Source of the DNA: Mayamaea pseudoterrestris
Lineage: Eukaryota
DNA: 64,000 nt
Direction: 5' to 3'
Assembly: GCA_027923505.1 (NCBI GenBank)
Contig: BROI01000010.1
Span: 124,001-188,000, forward strand
In this document: positions 1 to 11,616 of the stretch, piece by piece
How positions within the stretch are numbered: position 1 is the stretch's first letter
Layout of the letters: each line of letters opens with the position of its first letter
The notes under the pieces: generated by a model
Seen by the model: the letters and a program-made list of their open reading frames with translations, nothing else
Told to the model about the DNA's origin: nothing
Databases searched by the model: none
Translations under genes and position numbers: made by a program

Positions 1-73
1 TAGCTTGTTTAACTTCGTCCGCTACAAGAGCGTCTTCCGTCGCACTGGCTGCCGCTGAGACCGCCGCCGTATC

Positions 74-1160
74 TCATTCTTCAAAGACCGCTCCAATTGC
101 TTGATCCCAATCAACCTCCGACTCGCTATCGTTTGCCTCTGTAGCTTGCACTGGTTCCTCTGTTGTAACATCCACTATCATGTGCTGGTCTTCGTCAGCT
201 TCTTGAGCGGCTCCGCCTCCATTGTTGCCGCCTCCATTGTTTTTCTTTTTCAATTTCGACTTGTCGAGTTTGAAACCCGGCTTGTAGCGCGGGCCCTTGG
301 GGTTGCCGAAACACTGCTCCCAAGTGTGGCCGCCATGGTATTTGCACACGTTGGCATCGTTATTTGCTTTATGCTTCTTTCTCGATCCATTCCCATGGTT
401 GTTGTTTTGGCCGCCGCCGTTGCCACCGTTGCGACGCGAGCGTTTGCCGCTCCGACGGCTGCCGCCATTGTCGTTCGAGTCGACTGGAGTCCTGTTGCTT
501 GCTTTTAGATTGATCATGTTATCCAACCAACGAGCAAATTGAATCAGAGAAAGGTCTGCAAGGCGACTCGTTAAAGATTGCTCCTCAAACTTGCTTTGCA
601 GCCAAGTAGGGACCATTGCGAGCAGGAGATCCTTGATGTCCTCGTCCGTATACTGGACCGCCGTTGGGTAGACCGCTTGTCTTCTTGCGGCATATAAGCC
701 ATCAACTTGAACATGTTGCGCAGTAGACTGATCGATTGAGTAACCGTGTATCCATCTGGCAACTTGAGGTTCTTGAGGTACTCTTTTTGTCGACGCAAAT
801 CGTCGTCGACGACCATGAGCTCAGAGAGGAAAGCTGGTTCCACGCTGCGATTGTATCGTCTGGTAGAACTGATTGATCCCAAGTATCACGAGGCGCTCCA
901 AGGAGACAAAGGCGAAAGGATTCCTTGCGGACCCTCATGCGATGGGCTGCCTGTCCATCAAAGGCGAGCTGCTCCATTGCACCAATCACCTCCCCGATGA
1001 CACGAAGGACGGTCACGACGTCTTCATCACTAGCAATCTGTATCTTGCGCTTGTGCTTGGATCCATCTTGCTTGGTGAACGTGAGATCTTGTTTCGGTAG
1101 CGACTCAAACTTGACGCGAGGCACCAAAGGGATCTTGACGTCGACTCCTCTAATCAACAT
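74..1160 (-). pseudogene. Retrotransposon Gag, split over three frames (702-1160, 571-882, 74-616)
   Basis: The three ORFs join into a Gag-like protein: helical capsid-like region, then an N/G/R-rich basic linker, then a CHHC-type zinc knuckle. The frameshifts are either decay or assembly indels. Confidence 0.65.
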
Positions 1161-1931
1161 GTTGTTTCGTTTCCGTTTTTGATAGACAGTTGTCTATTTT
1201 GAATTCAAAGTGAAGTACCTATCGTAGGATGATATGTAAATGGAAATTATAATGGTATTTTAAAAGACTGCAATTGAAGATTGCCTCCATGGCGAGCCAT
1301 CGCTTTAAAAGAGCGAGGATCGCAGATGTCGCAACAGGATCGCCCATCTTCGCTAATACCCGACGGGCGTGTCCGTTGACTGTCCGGCTCGCCGTTGAGG
1401 ACGGGCCGGTGCATGTGAATCGTGTCAGATAGCACAATCATGGCGGCAGCTTCATGAAAGCGATCGTTGCTTTCCTGCGGCACCATGGTGGCCATCAGTC
1501 CTTGTCCAGCTTTAATTATGAACGTATGAATGCTAATTACAGTAGCGGACAGCGCAGGAAACGGCAGACTACATACAGCTTTTCTAGTCGAGCAATAATA
1601 TCGCGCTCTCTGGCGTCGAACGAAGCATCGAAAAGTTATTTTCTGCGTGCTGTGGCGGTGCCCTTTCACTTGAAGAAACAATAGAATGTACAAAGATCCT
1701 CTCGTGTTCATCGCTTGCGCCATAATGGATTGGAAGGATGCGAGATTCAAGGAATTTTGACTGACGGCGGTGCCGCTTGCCTTCTGCTCGAATTGTCCAT
1801 TTTGCAAGCGAGGCATTACTCGACGACGCGATAGACGACGCAGCAATTTACAAAGTGGGTGAAGATCACAAAGTTGGAAAGTTGCGAAAGTTATTGCTCG
1901 TGGCTCAAGGACTTCGAATTTTAACTTGGAG

Positions 1932-2527
1932 TGTAACGACTATAGACAATTAATCAACGTCTTTCTTCGGTCGGAGAGGCAGCCGAGCCAGGACAAAACG
2001 ATACGAAGCCGGCCGATATCTCCAGTCGGGGAGGAATGCCGAGCAAGCGCAAAACGATGCCAGCACAACACGATATGAAGCCAAAGCCAGCGCAAAAACG
2101 ACACGAAAGCCCGCGCACTGACAATGATAAAACTCCGGTCGGAGGACATGCAACAACGAAACGACGCCCTGCCGATATGGGCAGCCGCAAAGCGCTATAC
2201 AGCCTGCCGATATGAAGCTCTTCGACATGTATATGCAATGATATGAAGCGACAAGGCAAAAACCAGCAAATTGCAAGCGGTTAATCTCAAACGGCAAAGT
2301 ATAAAGTATAAGTGGCAAGTGCAAACGGCACAAACAGCATACGACCAGACGGCAAATTGCAACGGCAAGATGCAGATGGCGAAGTGCAAGCGGCAAAGGC
2401 AAGCGGCAAAAGACAAACAGCAAAATGTACACGGCAAAATGCACACGGCAAGTTGCGAACGGCAACAGCAAGTGACAAACAAAGCTTTCAACGGACGTCA
2501 CAAGCGACGAGTATCCCCTTGATTACA
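1932..2527 (-). repeat. Putative 5' LTR (~596 bp)
   Basis: TG...CA termini with 5-bp inverted ends (tgtaa at 1932, ttaca ending at 2527); internal CGGCAA motif array; correct position upstream of gag. The second LTR is outside the window. Confidence 0.6.
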
Positions 2528-4789
2528 ACGTGATCCGTACGCATCAAGACCTCGACGGTCCCTCATCAGCAGCTGCAAACGCCAACGATATTCTATCGAT
2601 ATAATGGAAGTATCTCAGGGATGTACAGCTTGTTGTCTTTGTTCCATCAGAGCGGCCACAAGGCGCAAAAAATGTAAAGACGTAGCATTCGTCAGGGTCA
2701 GTCTGTACTTTCGCATTGGTCGACAAGGACGGTGTGGGTGAAAGTGTATATATTGCGCAAGTCGGAGGGCATCTTGGAACAAGATATTTAATCTTTGGGA
2801 AACGAGTCTCGAAATGTTGCCGTGCTTTTCGGAACGTTGTTGAGGAGTGCATGCGACGCTGAACATTATAGTGTTCGAAACTGCAGCTTTTGTTGAGACT
2901 AGGCGGCAGACTGACAGTAAGGCGCTACAAATGATACCTAACTGCGCCTGTTTCATTATACCAACGCTATGAAAATGGAACATAGTGCCACTATAGTGCA
3001 GGCGCATGCGACTAAGTCAGCCATTGGCTGAACACACTTACTACATGGGCGAGCTTGCGGAGCATTTGCTAAATTGATACGCATTGCTGTTACCAATGGT
3101 CGAACTAATGCGTGTTTTGTTTAATGCAATATCGAACGCATCAACGACGTTGAGCCATGCACGAAAAGTTGTTGACGGAGATAATGGTGGAAGCGTACTC
3201 CAATTCTGTCGACCGTATTGTTCCGCGTCGCTTTCTAGGCTGACGTTCGGGTGCCGCTTCATGCTTGCAATCACGGGATGGGCGTCAAACCTCCCCGCTA
3301 TTTCAAACATCGCGTCCTGATGTATTTGCGATGGCAGCGTATGCTCCGGGACACATCACCCGGTGTGTGCATCAGTAGGTCTCAATAATGTGGCACTGTA
3401 TCCGTGACAAGAATGGACTTGTGTGCAGCAATACGTGAAGGACGGAAGCAGTGATGCTATTCGCGCTGCGCACAGAAGCAGAGTTCCATGTCGCGTTCGG
3501 AAGTAATTCGGTTATATTGTAACTTGCGTTGAGCATTTCCTCGCAATAAGAGCAATTTCATATTTTTGGAACTGTGGCAGCCACTTCATATTTCCTAAAA
3601 GCAACGAACATAATCTTGTCAAATTCACTCTGGCAATGACCGTTCTACCCTTGCGCACGACGTTGTCTTCAAAGTGCGGTTGCGAACGACGAAGCAGCCA
3701 AATGATGGCCATCTATTGAGGTGCGTTCTGCTACTTTTTCTGTCAATCAAAAGCAGCTGTAGCCAAAACCTTGCAGTTGAACAAGCGAGCGCATAGTGCT
3801 GTCGCCCAAGAATATCATGATACCAGGCGGAGCTTTCGGGGTCATGCTTCAATGTACTGGCCAGTCTTTGTGCACTTTTTCGGATTGATGAGAGGGTCGT
3901 GTACAAAGAAAGCTGAAGAGCGGTAAGTGGACTGCTCCGCCACAACTTAAATGAGCGGGGCATTGGCACGTTTGAAAACCCCTTTGTTGCCATCCTTTGT
4001 GATCTCGACTAGACCTTCTCTCTCTATCTTTGGGACAAGCTCCTCACTAAACTGAAACATAAGGTCTGCGCGTCGAGACGGTGGTATGCAACACGCGGAT
4101 GCACTGTCGTCGGCGTGAAAAAGCGTTTCAGATGTACGCTTGACATTGTGCGACTGGTCAAACGCAGCAGAAACGAAGCAGCTAGCTAGCCTCTGTGTGC
4201 CTGTGCTTTGAGCTGCTCGTTTATGATAGCAAATAGACGAAACCTATGTCCCATCAACATGAGCTCTGATCAGGTTTCTCTGGCATTGTCCCTAGCGGGG
4301 CCGTGATCGAAATATGGACAAGAAAACAATGTCGGATTGATTCGCTAGATGGCCCACACCAACATAATTGAACGAAGTGTGCAAAGATAAATTTACGTAA
4401 CGTTAATTATTATAGTGTGTACGGATAGCGAAGTCAAGCCTGCCACACCGCTCATACATCTCTGCCTGCAGGACACTCTAATGGAAGACGAGGCATGTAC
4501 TAGGCCACCAATGCAAACGAAGTAGTTGGAAGTTGGGAGGGCACTCAACTCGTCCGTCCCATAGATCGCTGGGCTATCCTGAATGACTCAATGGATGAGG
4601 TCAGCAAGCTTCTCCGATTATCTATGGGAAATTACCTTTGCATCAATGGCGCCAAACTGTTCAAGGAGCAGTCAGCTATACACAAGCAAGTGGTTGGCGT
4701 TTGGCGATGGATGCAGGCCTCTATCAAAGCCATAAAGCTCCTGCCTAGCGCCAACAGCACCAGACAAAGAAAAAAAATGTGGCCGTCCG

Positions 4790-6620
4790 GCACTGCACCA
4801 AGTAGCTCAGTAAAGGCGAGAAGGAAATACCTTTTAAGCGCCAGTTGAAGGGTCACCTGCCTAAGAAGGTGCCACAGTTGCACCACCTAGAAGGTGCCAC
4901 AGTTGCACCAGTCAACCATTCTATGAGCACCTGCATGGCCAGACGCTTGTTCCATATGTTCATTTGGCGTTATGAAACCCTTCCATGGCATCCAAGTAGC
5001 TCAGTAATGGCGAGAAGGAAAAACCTTCTTAGCGCTGCTTGAAGGGCCAAAAGAGGTGCAACTGGTGCACCAGTGGAGCATCAGTGGAGCATCCAATGAG
5101 CACCTGCATGGCCAGCCCTTGTCCCATGTGGTCATTTGGCGTAACGAAGCCCCTCCATGGCATCCAAGTAGCACAGTGATGGCGAGAAAGAAAAACCTTC
5201 TGAGCGCTGCTTGAATCATCTGCCAAAAACGGTGGCACAGGTGCACCAGTGGAGCATCCAATGAGCACTTACATGGCCAAATCTTTGCCTATATGTTCAT
5301 TTGATGTAGTGAAAGCCCTCCATAGTATCCAAGTAGCACAGTGATGGCGAGAAGGAAAAACCTTCTGAGCGCTGCTTGAAGGGTCATCTGCAAAAAACGG
5401 TGGCACGGGTGCACCAGTGGAGCATCCAATGAGCACTTACATGGCCAAACCTTTGCCTAGATGTTCATTTGATGTAGTGAAACCCCTCCATGGCATCCAA
5501 GTAGCTCAGTGATGGCGAGAACGAGAAGGAAACACCTTCTTAGCGCTGCTTGAAGTGTCATCTGCCTAGAAGGCGTCACTGGTGCACCAATGGAGCATCC
5601 ATGAGCACCTGCATGGCTAAACCCTTGTCCCGTATGTTAATTTGGCGTGGTGAAACCCCGCCATGGCATCCAAGTATCTCAGTGACAGCGAGAAGGAAAA
5701 TCCTTCTGAGCGCCACTTGTAGGGGCATCTGCCTAGAACGCGCCATTGGTGCACCAATGGAGCATCGAATGAGCACCTGCATGGCCAAACCCATGTCCAA
5801 TATGTTCATTTGGTGTGGTGAAACCCCTCCAAGGCATCAGCGTAGCTCAGTGACGGCGAGAAGGAAATACCTTCTGAGCGGCAGTTGTAGGAGTATCTGC
5901 CTAGAAGGCACCACTGGTGCACCAATGGAGCATTCAATGAGCACCTGCATGGCCAAACCCTTGTCACATATGTTCAATGGGTGTGGTGAAACCACTCCAT
6001 GGCATCCAAGTAGCTCAGTGACGGCGAGAAGGAAAATCCTTCTGAGCGCTATTTGAAGGGTCATCTGTTTAGAAGGCGCCACAGGTGCACCAATGGAGCA
6101 ATCAATGAGCACCTGCATGGCCATACCCTTGTCACATATGTTCATCGTGTGTGGTGAAACCCCTCCATGGCATCCAAGTAGCTCAGTGACGGCGAGATGG
6201 AATACCCTTCTGAGCGCCAGTTGAAGGGGCATGTGACTAGAAGGTGCCGCTGGTGCACCAATGGAGCATCCTATGAGCATTTGCATGGCCATATCCTTGC
6301 CCCGAATGTTCAATGGGTGTGTTGAAACCCCTCCAAGGCATCCAAGTAGCTCAGAGACGGCGAGAAGGAAATCCTTCTGAGTGCCCCTTTAAGGGTCATC
6401 TGCCTAGAAGGCGCCACTGGTGCACCAATGGAGCATGGCGAGAAGGAACACATTCTGAGCGCCAAATTTGAAGGGTTATTTACCAAGAAGGTGCTACTGG
6501 TTCCTTCGAGTTGACCACTCTATGATCATTTTATAACCAGACCGTATCCCATATGTTCAATGGGCTTGGTGAGACATCTCGATGGCATCTAAGTGGTTCA
6601 GTGATGGCGAAAACTAAAAA
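4790..6620. repeat. Tandem satellite array, ~168-bp unit, about 10 diverged copies
   Basis: Anchor ggcatccaagtagc (or close variants) recurs near 4987, 5159, 5325, 5492, 5665, 5834, 6001, 6169 and 6337; the last two spacings are exactly 168. Confidence 0.92.
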
Positions 6621-6879
6621 TTCTTGAGTGCGCCCAAAATTAAATACGCAAAAAACCCAGGCGTTGATCACTGCAATGACACCTACTCGTTCCCGCTTGC
6701 TCCCCAAATTAATAATCACTTATTTTAAATTGCTTGAGGGCATTATTGGTTTTAATTATCCCCTATGAATACATGCTTAACATCCCTATACCTTCTTAGT
6801 AAATATTAAATGATTTTCAAAAAAAGTGATGTAAAAGATTGTTGGGATCAATACAGCGGAATGGCAGTCAAATGGCACG

Positions 6880-8720
6880 AAAGAATCGGAAAAGCGGATT
6901 AATAGGTTCACAACGTGCAATTGCTGTCCTCCCGCAATCGCTGTTCTTGGGGAGCGTCTTACATCCAACATGCAATTGTGTATTGGGTAGCGATGTAGAC
7001 AGCGGCTGCAATCTCATCGATTGCCAACAGCCCGGACATCTTTATTTTTTCTGAAAATTGTGAGTGCTGAAGTTATTCATGCCAAATATCGGCTGCTGGC
7101 TCCATCGCATGTTAGCACGTTTAAGCATCTGGTGCCTGTAAAAAGGCTCCGAGAATTGATCTTGTATGTAGCCGGGGAAGCAGGTCATGTCTTTGGTTTA
7201 ATGGGTATTTGTCTTTATACGAACACGCTTAAACACCCCGTTAGGCAGTCAAATCTCAATGGCATCGGCACCATTGGGCAAGCTATCTGAGAGCCAGAGC
7301 CAACTGAGAGCCAGTAGCGCACAACGGCTTCAAAACTACATTGAAGATGGTTAAGAAGACAATGTCTCCCTGAGTGACTCAAAGAGCCTTCCATGATAGC
7401 CACCCAGTCGCGAAACCACCTGCTGCTGCTCCCAGAAATTGCATAGGAGTTGGATGACCGCTGGTCCAACGCCATAGCCCTCTAGGATTTATAGAGTGCC
7501 CTCGTGACTGAGTGTGTCATACGTGTTTTGTAGATCTTTGAAGATCTCGTTCAGCGGGACCTGCTCGTTTGCAGCTAAAGGAGCTTCGTTTCAAGTACGG
7601 CAGTTTTGGTGCCCCGGTTGGCCCGAAAGCCATGGAGAGAGTCATGGAATTGCCCTATCCCCCGGTGCCCTCCACTGCTCTTAAGGATGAGTACCAGAGA
7701 TGACCACGCCAATTCAGTTGGACTTTCTCTTGTGCTGAACGCATGTTGCACCAGGGACACTAAGGTCTCTCAGTTGTGCCATTCTGGCAACTCCTCCTGT
7801 AGAGCTGCTGCTAGTCACGCCTTGAATCCTCCGAGCGCTTGCTGTAGGGTCCTGATGACGTACTGGCTCGAAGACGAGATACTGCCGCAGATACCTGTTC
7901 AGATGGCGCATTGTCAGGCACGTGAATAGGTTGACAACAACTGGAATAAGGTCCCCTGGACCACCTTCCGAATAAGTCCCTATATTATCGTTTGACAACA
8001 TGCACATCCGCGCGAGATGGCTTACTGGGGCAGTCACCCACATGTTTATACCATGCTTGTAGCCGATTCCTGGCACCCTGGAGATCATGAGCACATAGCC
8101 GGGCTTCAATGGCAGCTGTGCTTTTGGTCATTCTTAAATGCGTCGCGCTATTCTCCATTCTTCTGTTTGTCCAGAGTTGGGTTGGCGGCGGAGCGAGGCT
8201 CTCTTTTCAATCATCTTCCAGGTAGAGTTAGAGAACCAGGATGTCCTTGAGCCGGTTTCCTGAACAATAGGGGCTCTGTTCTCTTTCAGCTTCCCAAGCA
8301 AAGCATAAGCTTGCGTCTGCGGCCCACCAGGGTGTATCCGTAGGTGAAATTGCTTTTTACCATGAATTTAACGTCGGTTACTCCATAAAGGAGCAGACAT
8401 CCATGCCCAGAGAGGCAAATGCTCTGAATCTGGTTTGGGATATGCACGGTATTATGCGATCAATCCATAGTCATTCCCATGCATTTGTCTGGCTCCTGAT
8501 GGTGGTGAATCCATTGTCGCTGTTAGGGGGCTTTGTATGGTGTTCCTCCTCCATCTTAATCTTTGGGGTTGCTCTTCCGACGTGTTTCTAATTTGGCTGA
8601 TTTCTCTTGTCTTAAGACAACAAGAACTCTGTTGCTTCTTCTGGCAAATCCACATCTTGAGATCCTTCAAACGCTGGACCAAGGGGTCTGGCGATATAGC
8701 GGCTCTAAGGAACAAGTAGT
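6880..8720 (-). mobile_element. Decayed non-LTR retrotransposon (APE endonuclease + RT LINE)
   Basis: Minus-strand RT fragments LVLILKSSGGHRGIG, FHDSLHGFRANRGTKTAVLETKL, DLQNTYDTL..EGYGVGP..FWEQQQVV..GGYHG and FKRVRIKTNT*TKDMTC; APE-like remnants near 8300-8430; many stops, frameshifts and deletions. Ends approximate. Confidence 0.8.
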
Positions 8721-9287
8721 GGATGAGCTAGTTTTAAGGAAGTGAAGTGTTACTGGTGGGTACATGTCAGATGAGCTTTATCGTTTACTGATAAAATAGT
8801 TCTTTCCAATGAAGGCCGCTACGTCGCATGTAACAACACGCACATCAATGCGGCGTGACGCAAGCACAGTGGTGCCCATGTTTAAATGCATGTCTAGCTA
8901 ACTAACTCGCTTGCTTAATCGTTGTCGGGTTGTCGTGACAGGTTTTGTCAGATACCTACGCACATTCGCCGCTACATGATTAGCTAAGCAAGACTTTAGC
9001 TAAGCAAGACTTGCCTTGTGAAGCCATCGCATGTGAGCCTAGGTTCGACTGTGAAGGAAAAACCATTACACACTGACTTGTCGCATGTTGTCGGTTGATG
9101 GTGTCAGTACTTGATCGACAGAGCAAGCTTAATTGACTCAGTTTTTATGACGCTCTTATCTTACATGCGAAAGCGACAAATTGCCACGCGTATCTACTAT
9201 TTCGGAATGGCTGGACAAAGGAGCTTTCAAAAGCACTTCCTCAATGGCACTGTGGCAATGTTTACCAAACAGAACCGAGGAAATGTT

Positions 9288-9537
9288 GATTGATTGCACG
9301 GCATGGGTCCCTCTTCCAGAATTTTAAATGTAGTCGTGGTCGATTGCTTCCTTCGTTTCAGCGTTGCATAGCAGCAATCATGGAAGCCATAAACGTATCG
9401 GCAGCAGGCGGAATTGTTGATTGATTGCACGGCATGGCTCCCTCTCCCAGAACTTTTAAATGTAGTCGTGGTCGATTGCTTCCTTCGTTTCGGCCAATTC
9501 CTTCTTACCTGCGTTGCATAGCAGCAATCATGGAGGC
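9288..9537. repeat. Local tandem duplication (~100-120 bp, two copies)
   Basis: gattgattgcacggcatgg...gcgttgcatagcagcaatcatgga occurs at ~9288 and ~9419; the second copy has an ~18-bp insertion. Confidence 0.85.
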
Positions 9538-10142
9538 GAGAATGGCGGCAGGCAAGAAGACGAGGCTTGGTGATTTCACGGATGCATAATCTTGCCCCGA
9601 CAGCAGTCTGGTAATTGTTAACCTCGACAATCATGAGAAGCTGTCCCGTCCCTGGTGCAGAACCTGGTTCCTTTGCTAGGCAGTTGATTGTGATCTACCG
9701 AGAACACGATGATTTTATGTGACCTCTATGAGTAGGTAGCGCTGGCCAGCTTAAAAGCGAGGATCTTCTGAACGTCTTCGTTACCGAGTCGTCCATCTTC
9801 TGCGTCATGTTGCTCGGCCATTTCCCTTCATCGCCAACAACTTTTCCGGAAAGTAAGAAAATCACATGTATCAGCCTATTCCTCGTTAGTTCTGGAAGTT
9901 TGGGCGAACAGGAGCAATCGTAGTATGATTGAGCTTGCCACCAAACACCATGTCGACTTTTAACCAGTCAGTGCCTTATTCACGGACGTCAAGTGTCGTT
10001 CGAAAAGGAATCGGGGAGATGGAGCGTTGGGCGTTAACAGGAAAGAATGAGCTTGACCGACTTCCTTCAATGCGAATGTCGCAAACGTGCATCGAGAGTA
10101 TTTCAACGCTACCCTTATAAATCATTTGTCAATCTGCACTTT

Positions 10143-11435
10143 CTAATTCATCTCCAACACCACGTCATCCTCCGGCGTGAAGCCGTCATGGTCTTCCTCG
10201 TCGCTGGAATCGCCACTATTGTCGTCGTCCTCATCTTCGTCCTCCGTTGGCACTTTGGAGGCATTCCTTTGATTCGACCCAACGTAAACGCCAATCCAAG
10301 CGCCGACCACGACTGCGACACAGCAAACTGCAGTTATTGTAACTTGCAGCCCGTTAAATTGAGCTTGATATGCCTCTCGGTCACCCTTTCCATCCTCGGC
10401 TTGGTCAATGAATTCCAAAAAGTCGCTCTTGCGCAAGTCCAAAAGCTGCTGCGCGAATGCAGAGCCAATTTCAAGCATGGCAAGTGGTTGACGATGATAT
10501 ACAATGTACTCGTCCGGGATGTTCGAGGCAATAATATCATCATCATTGACGAAACAATGCGTTGTGACGAATCTCAGATGCTGCTTATCGTGCGCACTGT
10601 CAACGACAATTCGTTGATCAATCCGAAACTGTTGCTCCTCCAGTGAGACGTTGCGAGTCCCTTGGCCGCCCATTTCTCCAATGATGACCTTGAGGTCAGT
10701 CAGCTTCCATTCCTGTTGAATGACACGTACGAGCTGTTGCAGATTACGTCGATAATCAAGTCGCAGGCTTGGAATCATGTAATCCGAGTAGCCATGCCAC
10801 CAAACCATTCCAATCATCTCGTATTCTCGCGACTGACTTGAGAAGTACCCGATAGTGCGAAGCAAACGTTGATATAGAGGGCCGCCGCTAATCAGCGACT
10901 CATTGTTCCTTTGACTTTTCATCATGGTAGGTGCACGAAAATCAATTCCTAGCGTTGCATTTTGATACGCTAGCTTGACAATCAACACGTCTTGCTGGTA
11001 GACATTGCCAAGCAAATGGCCAAGACCAAGTTCCGGTCCAAATGTATCCGCAGTAGCTCCTAGTCCAACTATCAACGGCGTCAAAGCCAGGCTGCTCATG
11101 GTGGCAGTCGTTGAGTCACCATCATCACGGACGACTCGCACATCGTCTCGAACGACAAAATCGGTAGAATTTTCGTCTTTTAAGACATACAAGTACTTTT
11201 CATGAAGTTCCGCAGAGTTTTGCAAGGATTGTTGTAGCTCCTTTACATTAGCGTGACCGAGACAGGCGTCATCTCCCACCAATAGAACCACCTTGGTTGC
11301 GCTGCTGGCAGCTTTGACTGCAGCAAGATGCGTAATAATGAGATGCCATATGACAAATATTCTATGAAATGCATGTCTTGGAAAAATCATTGTTGCAGTT
11401 GTGCTTGTTGGCTTGTTGGTCGTGTTTAGCGTCAT
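10143..11435 (-). CDS. Sialate O-acetylesterase (SASA/SGNH)-like type I membrane protein
   Basis: Signal peptide; FGPELGLGHLL, LIVKLAY and GMVWWHGYSD motifs; C-terminal TM helix and acidic tail. Confidence 0.8.
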   Translation of the reverse strand: MTLNTTNKPTSTTATMIFPRHAFHRIFVIWHLIITHLAAVKAASSATKVVLLVGDDACLGHANVKELQQSLQNSAELHEKYLYVLKDENSTDFVVRDDVRVVRDDGDSTTATMSSLALTPLIVGLGATADTFGPELGLGHLLGNVYQQDVLIVKLAYQNATLGIDFRAPTMMKSQRNNESLISGGPLYQRLLRTIGYFSSQSREYEMIGMVWWHGYSDYMIPSLRLDYRRNLQQLVRVIQQEWKLTDLKVIIGEMGGQGTRNVSLEEQQFRIDQRIVVDSAHDKQHLRFVTTHCFVNDDDIIASNIPDEYIVYHRQPLAMLEIGSAFAQQLLDLRKSDFLEFIDQAEDGKGDREAYQAQFNGLQVTITAVCCVAVVVGAWIGVYVGSNQRNASKVPTEDEDEDDDNSGDSSDEEDHDGFTPEDDVVLEMN

Positions 11436-11616
11436 TGGATGTTACGACGGAGAAAAGGGAGTCGAAACCGATGCGACATCAAATGCGCGCCGTCGATGCA
11501 CATCCGCCGCGCCACAGCACCAATGCGAAACAGAAAAGCATCCTATCCATCTGACCTGTTCTATACCACCACTGTAATCTACCGTAATCATACATTACAC
11601 CGATCCTTGTTAAGAA

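Larger units (their letters stand above)
1..2527 (-). mobile_element. Ty3/gypsy-like LTR retrotransposon, 5' portion (5' LTR, leader, gag); continues beyond window start
   Basis: Putative LTR bounded by TGTAA...TTACA; downstream on the minus strand lie gag-like frames ending in a CxxH..H..C knuckle (CKYHGGHTWEQC). Confidence 0.7.

Noticed and set aside
2530..4600. Possible decayed transposase or gene between the LTR and the satellite
   Set aside because: Only short stop-interrupted frames with no motif I can assign.
4790..6620. Satellite read as a CRISPR array, tRNA array or 56-aa repeat protein
   Set aside because: No unique spacers or cas genes; no B-box or cloverleaf; unit differences include indels, stops and many non-synonymous changes.
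9540..10130. KIIVFSVDHNQLP resembling a PIF1/Helitron helicase motif
   Set aside because: Single weak motif; no Walker A or other helicase motifs seen.
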